Counted from the stretch's first letter, positions 50,522-62,306 are shown. The stretch: 64,000 nt of DNA from an uncultured Actinomycetes bacterium (GCA_963739405.1 CAVUAH010000012.1:48937-112936), one strand, 5' to 3'. Translations and numbers: made by a program. The notes: generated by a model not told the origin, from the sequence alone.

Positions 50522-53500
50522 CGTGCGCCTCCTCGCTCTGTCGTGGCTTGCTCGTGTGGCGGCGGACCCGAGGCGAGGGCAGTGGCCCTCGCATACCCGG
50601 CCGTGTTCGCCTTGGCGAGATATACCACTCTCGCGTCCTCGATGTCCGCGTCGGCATCGTCCCGCTCGGGGGCGACGCGCCGCACGACCCTGGCCCGGTC
50701 GAGGAGGGCGTCGGCGACGACGTTCGGCCATTCCGTCGTCCGCGCGAGCCTGACCGCCTCGTCGACGAGGGCGAGCGCCTCGGAGGGAGCTTCCTCCGCG
50801 AGCGCCCTTCCGAGGCCGCTCCGCCAGAGCACCTGCGACAGGACGTCGGCCTCGCCGGCCTCGTCCCGTGCGGTGCCCGCGAAGATCGCGGCGTCCCGCG
50901 GGCGTCCGAGCTCCACGAGAGCGTGCGTCAGCTGACCGGCGACGGTCGTGGAGAACGCGCGATTGCCCGCCTCGCGAAGCGCGTCGTAGGAGCGTCGCAA
51001 TGCCGCCTCGGCGCGCTCCGGATCTCCCGCGAGCAGCTCCGTCCGGCCGACGTTCTGGCCCCACGACCCCCAGAGCACGATGCGCTGACCCTGCCGCTCG
51101 GCGATGGCGCGCATCCGCCCGAGCGCCGAGCGTGCGCCCTCGATGTCGTCGGCCTGGGCGAGCAGGTAGGCGTGGCCGCCGAGCACGAACGGCTCTGCCC
51201 ACGGGTCGTCGCGCACGCTCTCGAGGAGCCCCGCCGTGACGGAGAGCGCCTCCGGCACGGGGGTCGGTCCCCATCCGAGGTTCATGGCCAGCATGCCCGG
51301 CAGGCGGCCCGCCAGCGGGTGCGAGCGTCGCTCGGCGAGCGCGACGAGCCGGTCGATCGCCTCCCGGGCAGCCGACGAGCGGCCGATGGTCATGCTCGTC
51401 AGGTACGAGAGCCAGCAGGCGCGGAGAAGCGCCTGATCGTCGTCGTGCCGTGCGAACAGCTCCACCGACGCACGCGCCTGCCGGTAGACACGGTCGACGG
51501 CGGCGGTCGTCGGCGTCAGCTGGAGCTCGATCTCCGCCCGGCACGTGTCCGCCAGCGCGCGCGAGACCTCGTCGACCTCGCCCTCTCCGTCCAGCTCGTC
51601 GAACGCGCGAACTGCCTCGTGCGTTGCGGCCCGCCTCCATGAGCGCCTCGCCCTGGTCCACGACGATCCGCGCGCGTGCGGGATGTCGGGAGGGGAGCAT
51701 CGCAGCGGAGCGCCCGAGCAGGCCGGCCGCGGCGTCCATGTCGCCGCGTCGCGCGGCCCGCCTGCCCGCGTCGGCGAGACGCTCGGACGCGCGTGCTCCG
51801 AGCGACCGGATCTCCTCGCTCACCGGCCCGAGCTCCGTCAGGTAGCGGTGGCTCTGCTCCAGGTGGTAGCCGAGGATCTCCTCGAACTCGACCGTCCGTG
51901 CCCCCGCGAGCCGCTCGAGCCAGTCGGCGAACTGCTCGTGCAGGGTCGCCCGCAGCCTCTTCGCCGTCGCCTGGTACGCCGCGTCCCGGACGAGGATGTG
52001 CTTGAAGCGGAACGCCGCCTCGCCTGCAAAGGTCGCCTCCGCCGGGCGGACGAGGTCCTTGTCGACGAGGGCGTCGAGGCTTCCGCGCACGGACTCGCGC
52101 GACGCCGACGTCAGCTCCTCCACCGCGCCGCGGTGGAACACCTCGCCCTCCACGGCGCCGCACTCGAGTGTCGCCCTGTCCGCGGGATCGAGTCGATCGA
52201 GGCGTGCGCCGAGCAGCGCGTGGAGGCTCGTGGGCAACGTGAGCTCCTCGAGGTCGCCCTCGAGCGAGCAGACACCGTCCTCGATGAGCAGGACGCCTTC
52301 GTCCACCAGCATCGCGACGAGCTCCTCGACGAAGAGCGGGTTGCCTCCCGACGCGGCCGCGAGGCGGGCGAGCACGGCGGGGTCGGCGACCCCGAGCAGC
52401 CCGGCAAGGAGCCCGTCGACATCGTCCCTCGCGAGCGGCTCGAGCGCCACGGTGACGTCCCAGTCGGGGCGCTGCTCGGACAGCTCCGGCCGGGCGAGAC
52501 AGAGGAGCATGATCGGCACGGGCCCGATCGCCTCGGGCAGGCCGGCGATCAGGTCGAGCAGGGTCGACTCCGCCCACTGGATGTCGTCGACGACGACGAC
52601 GAGAGGCCGGTCGGCGGCACCGGCGACGAGGAGATCGCGGATCGCCGCAGCCGTCTCCTCCGTGGTCGTCGACCCGTCCGCGAGGCCGAGCAGCTGCGCG
52701 ATCCTCGTGCCGACGAGCCGCCCATCGGCCGCGCCGTCGAGGAACGACTCGATCAGCCGGCGCGCCTCTTCGTGGACGTGCTCGTCCTTGATCCGGACGA
52801 GCTCCCGCACGATCTGGGTCACGGCCCAGTAGGTGATTCCCTCTCCGTACGAGAGGCACGTGCCCCGGACGACGCGGGCCCGCGTGCCCACCCGCGAGAC
52901 GAACTCCGCCACGAGCCGCGACTTCCCGACGCCGGGCTCGCCCACGACCGTCACGAGGCGGCAGACCGGGGCGGCCGCGACCGAAGCGAGCTCCCGGTCG
53001 AGCAGCTCGAGCTGCTCCGCGCGGCCGGTGAAAGGCGTCCCGCCCCGCCGCACCGGCGGACGGAGGTCGGCGACCTCGAGCAGGCGGTACGCGCTCACGG
53101 GGGTCGACTTCCCCTTGGCCTCGATCGCGGCGACGGGCTCGGCGCGCACCACGTCGCGTACGAGCCTGTACGTGGCCTCGCCGATCAGCACCTGGCCGGG
53201 GCCTGCCGCCTGCTCGAGGCGGGCGGCGACGTTGACCGGGTCGCCGGTGACGAACGTCTCCCGCTCGGAGGCGTCGCCCGCGACGACCTCACCTGTGTTG
53301 ACCCCGATGCGGAGCGAGATCGTCGTGCCGAAGCGTCGCTCGAGCTCCTCGTTCAGCGACCCGAGGCGCGCCTGCATCTCGAGCGCGGCGCGGCACGCAC
53401 GGACGGCGTCGTCCTCGTGCGACTCGGGGACGCCGAACACCGCGAGGACGGCGTCGCCGACGAACTTCTCGACCGTGCCGCCGTGACGCTCGAGCGCCCC

Positions 53501-53710
53501 CCGCATCTCGTGGAAGTACGAGAGCATGAGGCCCCGGACGGTCTCTGCGTCGACGCGCTCGCCCATCGCCGTCGAGCCCGAGAGGTCGCAGAAGACGAGG
53601 GTCGCGAGCTTGCGCCGCTCGGGGGCCGGAGCGGCGAGCGGCGCGCCGCAGTACCCGCAGTGCTCGAACCCGTCGGGGCTCTCGCGGCTACACGCGGGAC
53701 AGACGGGCAC
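50518..53710 (-). CDS. Zn-ribbon + class III nucleotide cyclase + STAND/AAA ATPase + TPR protein (indels at ~51480-51630)
   Basis: CPAC..CGYCG; FCDLSGST, KFVGDA, GDPVNVAARL; GEPGVGKS, VVDDIQW, GGNPLFVEE, FKHILVRDAAY; C-terminal part in ORF 50518..51465. Confidence 0.9.
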
Positions 53711-53759
53711 GCGGAGAGACTACGGCGGGCGGCCCGCCCGTGATCTGCGCAGAGCCGGG

Positions 53760-55362
53760 CTACCGGCAGAGCGCCGCGGCGAGCGCGGCGTCGAGCTCGG
53801 CGCTCGGGATCTCCCGAGGACGATGGGGAGCGCCAGGCGACGAACCCGTCCGGCCGAACGAGCACGGCTCCGTCGGCGCCGATCCCGTACACCCGCTCGA
53901 CCTCACGCTCCGGGTCCGCGACCTCGGCGCCGAGGAGGAACGCGTCCACGGTCACCGGACCGCGCGCGGTGGCCGCATGCGCGGCCGCGCGCCACGGGGC
54001 GCCGTCCGGCCCGGCGACGACGGCGAATGTGCGGCCGAACAGGTCGAGGGTCGACCGGGAGCCGCCGTCGATGGGGACGTGCGGAGCCCTGAAGCCGGGA
54101 CGGCCGCTCGGCGCGCGCGGGTCCTCCCAGAGGAGATCGTCTCCCGCTGCGCCGATGACGGCGCTCGACCGGTAGCCGTAGCCGATCTCGACCGCCGCCT
54201 CGTCGACGATCGGCGCGAGGTTCTCCTTCCCGAGCGACGGGTCGAGGCGGAGCACGTACCGCGTGTAGGCCTGCTCGACCGTGAACGCGCCCACCGGGCG
54301 GCGTTCTGCCTCGTACGTGTCGAGGAGCGCGTCCCCGGCGTCCCCGCGTAGGACGAGCGCCAGCTTCCACGCCAGGTCGTATGCGTCCTGCACGCCGCAG
54401 TTCCCCCCGAAGCCGCCCGTCGGCGGCATCACGTGGACCGCGTCGCCCGCCAGGAACACACGACCCGCCCGGTACCGCTCTGCGTACTCGGCGCTCGCCG
54501 ACCAGCGCTGGACGTCCTCGATCTCCACCGCGATCTCCGGATCCCCGAGCGCCTCGCGCACGTAGCCGACACACGTGGGCTCGCTCATGTCCTCGCCGAT
54601 CCGCACCGACCGCGTCCCGTCGTCGTCGGTCGTCGAGTTGACCACGAGGAACCCCGCCTGCAGGTCGATGGAGAACCGGAAGAAGCCCTGCAGCCGTGGC
54701 CCGAAGACGTAGACGACGCTCAGGTTGCGGTCGCCCATCAGACGGCGCACGTCGGCCTTGAAGTAGATCGTGATGCTGTCGGAGAAGCTGCCGTGCCCGA
54801 GCATCCCGATCCCGAGCCGCTCGCGTACGGGGCTGTGTGCGCCGTCGGCCGCGACGAGGTAGCGGCCGCGGATCGCTCGGTCCGGCCCGCCGTCACGCGG
54901 CCGGACGGCCGCGGTGACGCCGTCGTCGTCCTCGTCGACGGAGACGACCTCCGAGGCGTACTCGATCCGCGCGCCGAGCCGTTCCGCGGCGCGCAGGAGG
55001 ACCGGCTCGAGCCCGATCTGGGTGAGGAAGACGCGCGACGAGGGACTGATCGTCTCGACGCCCTCGTTGATGAACCGGTGGTACCAGTCGAGCTCCTTGC
55101 CTCCCAGGCTCTCGACGGACACGATCGCGCCGTTCTGGACGAACTCGCGCGCCGCGGCCTCCTCGATCTCCTGCTCCAGCCCGACCGCCCGATATGCCTC
55201 GATCGTGCGCTGGCTGACGAGTGCCGCCCGCGGATGGATCGCCGTGCCGCGGTGACGCTCGACCACGAGCGACGGCACGCCGTGATGGCCGAGGAACACC
55301 GCCAGCGACAACCCGACGAGGCTTCCGCCGGCGATCAGGACGGGGGCGTCCTCCTGTGCCAT
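53760..55362 (-). CDS. FAD-dependent aromatic monooxygenase (PheA/RdmE-like; indel near the 3' end)
   Basis: IAGGSLVG, VAADGAHS, LAGDAVHVMPPTGGFGGN, LAWKL, VLVRPDGFVAWR. Confidence 0.92.
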
Positions 55363-55386
55363 TCCCCTCGAGCCTCCTCCCGCGAC

Positions 55387-56022
55387 CTAGCCCGACATCT
55401 CGAACGCCGTCCGGCCGCCCGACGAGACGAGCTCCTCGAGCAGCGCGCGGCCGTCGCCGACGAGCGGCTCGCCGTGCGCGAGCAGGACGTGGTCGAACTC
55501 GAGCTCCTCCAGCAAGCGGGCGTACGCTCCGAGCAGTGCCCGCTTCGTGCCGGGTGGGTCGTCCATCAGCACGTCGGGGACGAAGCCGATCGTCCCCGCG
55601 TCCATGCGGACGACGCCGTCCGCGACGACGATCGCGCGCGTCTCCGGCAAGAAGAGCGCGGTCTCGTCGGGGCAGATGCCACCCACCTCGTACGCCACGA
55701 TCCCGCCCGACAGCCGGTCGCCGGGGGTGAACCCCTCGACGATCTCGCCGTGCGCGAACTCGTGCAGGCCCGCGCTGTTGCAGTGCACGGAGCACCCGAA
55801 CGCCTCGGCGAAGCGGCCGGCGTCGCGGTAGTGATGGCGGTTCGAGAGCAGCACCGCGGTCGGCTGCGTCGGACGCCCGGCGAACCAGTCGAGCCCGCCC
55901 TCGGCGGGGACGAGCGGGTCGATCACGACGCCGTGCTCGTCGAGCCAGTACGACGACACGTCGATCCGGATCTTCGGGTGGGGCGTCGTCCAGTGGAAGA
56001 CGCCGGGCAGGATCTCCCGCAC
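55387..56022 (-). CDS. Metallo-beta-lactamase-fold protein
   Basis: VIDP, SNRHHYRD, ADG, LLAHGEP. Confidence 0.75.
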   Translation of the reverse strand: MREILPGVFHWTTPHPKIRIDVSSYWLDEHGVVIDPLVPAEGGLDWFAGRPTQPTAVLLSNRHHYRDAGRFAEAFGCSVHCNSAGLHEFAHGEIVEGFTPGDRLSGGIVAYEVGGICPDETALFLPETRAIVVADGVVRMDAGTIGFVPDVLMDDPPGTKRALLGAYARLLEELEFDHVLLAHGEPLVGDGRALLEELVSSGGRTAFEMSG

Positions 56023-56084
56023 GCCCGCACGTTAGCGCGGCGCCGTGCGGGGAGCGACCTCGGGCGCGTTGGCCGATCCGCAGT

Positions 56085-56182
56085 CTGAGCGGTCGATCAG
56101 GCCGAGCAGGGCGATGGCGATCGTCGCGGGTGATCGGTGGGCAGCCGGGGATTCGCAGGTCCACCGGAAGCACCTTGTCGAC
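56085..56182 (-). pseudogene. C-terminal remnant of a NuoB/HycG-type Fe-S small subunit
   Basis: VDKVLPVDLRIPGCPP / PATIAIALLGLIDR with no upstream continuation. Confidence 0.65.
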
Positions 56183-56402
56183 GCGTCAGGCGAGGGCATC
56201 GCGTGCTCCGATCCACCACCGACTCTGCCAGACCCCGCCAAGCCTCATGCGCGCGGCGTCCAAGCGGTCACTTCCTGCGGCTGTGCAGCGTTTGCAGCTC
56301 GCCGGGCGCCGCCGGCGGACCCCAGCTCCCACGCGCCGGAGGGGTCTGTCGGTACCTGGATCGAGAGTGCCGGTCATGTCACCTCCGCTGGTGCTTTCCT
56401 GA

Positions 56403-57431
<1,029 letters not shown>

Positions 57432-57539
57432 CCGAGATAACGCGTCTTCCGGATGGAGGAGGCCAACGAACCCAACGGTCGAGGTCGCGTTGGTCGGTCG
57501 GATCCCAATCCTTCATGCGGATCCGACTATCCCGCTGAG

Positions 57540-57627
57540 CGGCGGGGGTGGGATTCGAACCCACGTGAGCGTTGCCGGCTCAAACGGTTTTCAAGACCGC
57601 CCCGTTCGACCGCTCCGGCACCCCGCC
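57540..57627 (-). tRNA. tRNA-Ser(TGA)
   Basis: GGCGGGGTGCCGGAGCGGTCGAACGGGGCGGTCTTGAAAACCG...GGTTCGAATCCCACCCCCGCCG. Confidence 0.96.
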
Positions 57628-57753
57628 GCGAGCGGGTCAGTCTACGGGGCCGGGCCGGCGCCCCGGGATCTGCGCGGGCCCGAGGCACGGGAGGGTGATC
57701 CGATCACTCGTCCGAGTGTTGCCCCATCCCCCTGTAGGGGTAGACTGCGGCTC

Positions 57754-58068
57754 ATGCGCTACGAGGGCGAGATCTCGATCGGGCTGTCACGGGCCGAGTT
57801 GACGGCGGTTCGAGAGGCCGTCGAGCTGACGCCCAACTTCGACGGCCGGCTCGAGGTCCGGGACACGATCCGGAGCGCGATGCGCGCACGCAGCCCTCGC
57901 GTGGCGCTCGAGCGCGAGGTCGCCGAGCGGTTCGTCCGGCGTCTCGTCGCGACCGACATGCCGACCGCGCTCGTCAGGACGAAGCTCTTCCGCGCGATCC
58001 GGGATGCGGATCTGGCGACGCCCACTGAGACGCCCGCGCCCGTCGAGCACACCGTGCGCGCCGCGTAG
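57754..58068 (+). CDS. Small hypothetical protein (paralog A)
   Basis: TAGACT 7 nt before the ATG; similar to 58088..58396. Confidence 0.8.
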   Translation: MRYEGEISIGLSRAELTAVREAVELTPNFDGRLEVRDTIRSAMRARSPRVALEREVAERFVRRLVATDMPTALVRTKLFRAIRDADLATPTETPAPVEHTVRAA

Positions 58069-58087
58069 AGCGGCGTCGCCGTCCTCG

Positions 58088-58396
58088 CTACGCCGCTGCG
58101 ACCGCGGGGCGGTGCGTCTGGGCGATCCCGCGCTTTCGCGGGCCGCGGACGGCGTGGAGCAGCTTGCCGCGGGCGGTCGCCGTTGCGAGGTCGACCGGGA
58201 CGAGGCGGTTCGAGAGCCGCTCGGCGACCTCGCGCTCGAGCTCGAGCGCTCCGATGCGATGCGCTCGCACCGCGGACCGGAAGAAGTCGCGCATCTCCTG
58301 ACGACCCTCGAAGTTCGGGGTCACCTCGATGGCTTCTCGGAGCGCGAGAAGCTCAGTACGCGTCCACTGGACGCGGACCGTTGCCGCAGGCCGCAT
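58088..58396 (-). CDS. Small hypothetical protein (paralog B)
   Basis: Shares REAxExTPNFxGR and LEREVAER with paralog A. Confidence 0.8.
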   Translation of the reverse strand: MRPAATVRVQWTRTELLALREAIEVTPNFEGRQEMRDFFRSAVRAHRIGALELEREVAERLSNRLVPVDLATATARGKLLHAVRGPRKRGIAQTHRPAVAAA

Positions 58397-58450
58397 GTGA
58401 CGCGTTATCGCCGAGGAACGGGCAGCTGTGCCTACCGGCAGGTACGGGAT

Positions 58451-59650
58451 CTACCTGTCCACTCGGTCAGGTGCGCCGAGGGAGCGGAGGACGTCCGGGA
58501 CGTCTCCCTGGAAGTTCTCGAGGATCGCGAGGGCCATGCGGTCGACCACGGCCGTGCCGTTCAGCATGTGGACCGGCTCGGGGCCGTGCTCGCCGCGGAA
58601 GCGGATCTGCAGTCGCCGCGCCTGGAAGTCGGTCGTGTTCGAGATCGACGCCGTCTCGCGATATCGCTCCTGGCTCGGAAACCAGATCTCGACGTCGTAG
58701 GTCTTCGCGGAGGCGCTCGACATGTCGCCCGCCGGGAGGACGACGATCCGGTACGGGAGCCCGAGCTCGCGCACGAGCCCCTCGGTGTTCGCGAGCAGCA
58801 GCTCCAGCTCGTCCCACGAGCGCTCCGGGTGAGTGAGAGCGAACTGCTCGACCTTGTTGAACTGGTGGACGCGGATCATCCCGCGGGTGTCGCGGCCGGC
58901 GGCGCCTGCCTCGCGGCGGAAGCACGGCGAGAACGCGACGTACCGGAGCGGCAGCTCGTCGGCAGCGAGGATCTCGTCCGCGTGGAGGCTCGCCACCGGG
59001 ATCTCCGCGGTGCCCGCCAGGTAGAGCTCGTCCACGGGGAGCTCGTACACGTTCGCCTCGTCCGACGGGAAGGCACCCGTGCCGAGGAGTGCGCTCTCGC
59101 GGACGAGGACCGGCGGGAGGATCGTCACGAACCCGTCCGCCGCGAGCCGGTCGAGCGCCAGGCGGTAGAGCGCGAGCGCGAGTCGTGCGGTGTCTCCGAC
59201 CCAGTAGCCGAAGCGCGCGCCAGACATCCGCGCCGCGCGCTCCATCTCGAAGCGGCCGAGCTCGAGGTGGTCGCGCGGGTCGGTGAGCGCGGGAGGCTCG
59301 CCGACGCGACGCAGCTCGCGGACGTCGTCCTCGGTCGAACCGTCCGGGACGTCGTCGTCCGGAGCATTGGGCACGCGGAGCGCGAGCGCGTCGCGCTCGG
59401 CCTCTGCCGCGGCGAGCTCGTCCTCCATCGTCTTGAGCTCGGCCTTGACGGCCTGGAGCGCTCCGAGCTGCTCGGGCGTCGGCTTGCCCTTCAGCTTGGT
59501 CCGGGCCCGCAGCTCGTCCACACGAGGGACGAGCGCCCGCCACCGCTCGTCCGCCGCGAGCAGGCGGTCGAACGCCTCGGCCGCGCCCTTGCGTGCGATC
59601 GCCGCCCGCACCGGGACGGGGTTTGCGCGCGCTGCCCTGAGGTCGATCAC
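58451..59650 (-). CDS. serS: Seryl-tRNA synthetase
   Basis: YLAGTAE, CFRREAGAAG..RGMIRVHQFNKVE, KTYDVEIW, SNTTDFQARR, HMLNGT. Confidence 0.97.
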   Translation of the reverse strand: MIDLRAARANPVPVRAAIARKGAAEAFDRLLAADERWRALVPRVDELRARTKLKGKPTPEQLGALQAVKAELKTMEDELAAAEAERDALALRVPNAPDDDVPDGSTEDDVRELRRVGEPPALTDPRDHLELGRFEMERAARMSGARFGYWVGDTARLALALYRLALDRLAADGFVTILPPVLVRESALLGTGAFPSDEANVYELPVDELYLAGTAEIPVASLHADEILAADELPLRYVAFSPCFRREAGAAGRDTRGMIRVHQFNKVEQFALTHPERSWDELELLLANTEGLVRELGLPYRIVVLPAGDMSSASAKTYDVEIWFPSQERYRETASISNTTDFQARRLQIRFRGEHGPEPVHMLNGTAVVDRMALAILENFQGDVPDVLRSLGAPDRVDR

Positions 59651-60444
59651 GGGATCGAGTCTAGAACGGCTTCCATCACGGTCGCGACGCCCTGCTCGGC
59701 CGGGACGGGGCACGTCGCGTCGGCGATCTCCAGGAGTCGCGGATGCGCATGCTCGACGGCGACGCCGAATCCCGCTGCCTCGAGGAGCTCGACGTCGTTC
59801 TCACCGTCGCCGAAGGCGATCACCCGGTCGAGGTCGAGCCCGAGCCTCTCCGCGACGAACCCAAGGCCCGTCCCCTTGGTGACATGCGGGTTGCCGACCT
59901 CGAGCATGTAGGGGAGCGACGTCGTGAGGAACGCGCGCCCGTCGAGCCGGCGTTCGAGCTGTGGTCGGATCTCGGCGAGCACGGGTGGCTCGGCCACGGC
60001 CACGAGCTTCGTGGGTGCACGGATGAGCCAGTCGAGGAGGTTGCCGACCTCGATCACCGGCAGGCGCTGGAAGACCGAGTAGCGGCGCGTGTAGTCGTTC
60101 TCCTTCGCCACGTAGAGCTGGTCGTCGACGTAGACGTTCGGCGAGATGCCGAGCGGGCCGAGCGTCGCGATCGCCTCCCGCGCGACGTCGAGCTCGAGCG
60201 GCTCGTGCAGGAGGAACGTGCCCGACCCGGGGTCGACCACCGCCGCCCCCTGGTAGCAGACGACCGGCTCGGGGAGCCCGACGTCGTCGAGGTAGCGCTC
60301 GACCGAGCGGAACATCCGCCCTGTGGCGACGAGCACCGGAACCCCGAGCGCCTGCGCACGGGCGATCGCGGCGCGCGTGCGGTCGTGGACGACGCCGTCC
60401 GAGGCGATCAACGTCCCGTCGAGGTCGCAGGCGAAGGCCTGCAC
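59647..60444 (-). CDS. Cof-type HAD-IIB hydrolase
   Basis: DLDGTL, ATGR, TKGTGL, FGDGENDVELL. Confidence 0.93.
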   Translation of the reverse strand: MQAFACDLDGTLIASDGVVHDRTRAAIARAQALGVPVLVATGRMFRSVERYLDDVGLPEPVVCYQGAAVVDPGSGTFLLHEPLELDVAREAIATLGPLGISPNVYVDDQLYVAKENDYTRRYSVFQRLPVIEVGNLLDWLIRAPTKLVAVAEPPVLAEIRPQLERRLDGRAFLTTSLPYMLEVGNPHVTKGTGLGFVAERLGLDLDRVIAFGDGENDVELLEAAGFGVAVEHAHPRLLEIADATCPVPAEQGVATVMEAVLDSIP

Positions 60445-60470
60445 CTCCGGAGCGAAGTCCGGGAGGAGGC

Positions 60471-60881
60471 TCAGCCGCCCGTCGCCGTGGAGACGAACTG
60501 CGCGACGTCCGCGATCTGCTGCGGCTCCAGCTGGTCCTTGAAGGACGGCATCCCGCCCTGGCCGAGCGTGACGCGCTGGACGACGAGCTCGTAGGACGGC
60601 TTGGCCTCGTCGAGGTTCGGCCCGACCGTCCCCGTTGCATTCGCCTCCGAGAGCGTGTGGCAGGCGACGCAGCCCGCGCTCTCGAAGACCTGCTTGCCGG
60701 CGGTCGCATCACCCTTCAGCTCGAGGGCGGGCAGGTCCTCGCTCGGCCCCGTCGCCGTCTCCTCCGGGATGGTGCCCACGACGGTCTCGGGTGTCGCCGT
60801 GACCTCCTCGCCTCCGCAGCCCGCCGCGGCCAGCGCCAGCACCGCGAGCAGGAGCGCGAGGGCTGCGAATGGGCGGCGCAT
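60471..60881 (-). CDS. Lipoprotein monoheme c-type cytochrome
   Basis: Lipobox-like LAAAGC, CVACH, MPSF; own TAGACT -10 element 7 nt upstream of the ATG. Confidence 0.88.
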   Translation of the reverse strand: MRRPFAALALLLAVLALAAAGCGGEEVTATPETVVGTIPEETATGPSEDLPALELKGDATAGKQVFESAGCVACHTLSEANATGTVGPNLDEAKPSYELVVQRVTLGQGGMPSFKDQLEPQQIADVAQFVSTATGG

Positions 60882-60889
60882 CGCGGGCA

Positions 60890-62261
60890 GTCTAACCAGC
60901 TGCGTTCGCACCCCGCGAGCCGAGCCGTCCTCGAAGCGACGGATCACGAATGCGGCGACGGCGCCGAACCCGACCACGTCGCCCGGGGTGTCGTTGACGA
61001 CGAGCGAGACGAGCAGCGCGACCAGCACGGCGTCCGTCAGCGGGCGCCTCGGCCGACGTGTCGCAACCACGACCAGGACGGCGAGGGAGGCCGCCACCGC
61101 GAACGCCGGGCCGATCGCCTCGAACGTCCGACGCCCCGAGAGCTCGAGCCGGTCGGCGATGTCGCCGAGCACCGCTCCGGGCCCCTCGCCGACGGCGTGC
61201 GTGACGTGGCTCGATCCGCCGACCGCCGCGTCGAGACCGACGAGGACGACGGCCGCGGCGACGGCTGTGAGCCCGATCGCGGCGACCCGGCGAGCGCTCA
61301 GGTGGGCGCCGCGCAGACGGACGAGCAGCGTCGCGTAGGCCGCCAGCAGCACGACCAGCCCGCCGCCGTCCGCACCGAAGCGACTGCCCCCGACGGCGAC
61401 GAGCGCGACGCCGGCAACGGCGACCCCGATCCTGCCGAGGAGGGCCGGGCCGAGGATCGCCGGGACGAGGAACATCGTCTCGAGGAGGTTGGAGACGCCG
61501 TAGAAGCGGCCTGCCTGGGAGGGCCCGAACGGTGAGAGCGCGACGGCCTCGGGGTCGAGGCCGAGGACGAGCAGGTAGCCGGCGAGCACCGTGGCACAGG
61601 CGAGCCCGAGGGGGAGGACGACCGCGGCCAGGGCGAGAAGTGCGACGACCCACCATCCCGCGAGCCAGAGGTTCGCAGCGAGCCCGAGCAGGACGACCCG
61701 CGGCGCGAGGCCCGGCGCGAAGACCGCCACGATGTACGCGAGCGCGCCGACCAGGAGGGTGAGCGGGAGGCGGATGCGGTCGTTCCGCTCGATGCGGTGC
61801 TCGAGCCGCGCCAGCGTCGCCGCGGGGTTCTTCACCGCAACCACCTCGAGCCGGCCGTGCGCGACGTCGGCAAGGGAGACGAGCCCGTCGATCCGCGTCG
61901 AGCTCGACGTGAGCACCCCGCGCGGCCCCGGGACGACGGCGATCGGATACCGGGTGTTCTCGCTCTCGCCGGGCGGTGGCAGGACGACCAGCGTGTCGGG
62001 CGGAGAGCCAGAGCCGAGCTCGATCAGCGGCGTTCCTGCCGGGGCGCCTCCGAGGAGTGAGCTCACGACCTTCCCCGTGAGCAACGTGTTGAGGGCGCTC
62101 TCGTGGGTGACCGTCGGGCCGGCGCCGGGAACGGCGAGCCCGATCGCACCGGTCTCCGCGTATCGGTCGAGCGGGAAAGGCGCGACGAGGCGCACGGCGG
62201 CGGCCGCCGCCGGAGCGACGAGGATGAGCGCGAGGGCGGCGAGGGCAAGCGCGCGCGTCAC
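60890..62261 (-). CDS. Polytopic membrane hypothetical protein (end approximate)
   Basis: Signal peptide and many TM helices; RFYGVSN, GADGGG, SSHV, NDT motifs. Confidence 0.75.
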
Positions 62262-62306
62262 GGGAGGAGTCTCGCCCACGCGTCCGCGTCGCGTAGGCTC
62301 TGCAGC

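Noticed and set aside
50138-53710. 1190-aa ORF suggesting a cyclase with a C-terminal MPTPEG repeat tail
   Set aside because: After ~51630 that frame turns into Arg/Gly-rich shadow sequence. The real C-terminus is in ORF 50518..51465, and the repeat protein has its own AGGAGG and GTG, so the fusion is an indel artefact.
57540-57627. Long-arm tRNA as selenocysteine or suppressor tRNA
   Set aside because: Anticodon reads TGA (decodes UCA, Ser), not TCA; normal 7-bp acceptor stem.
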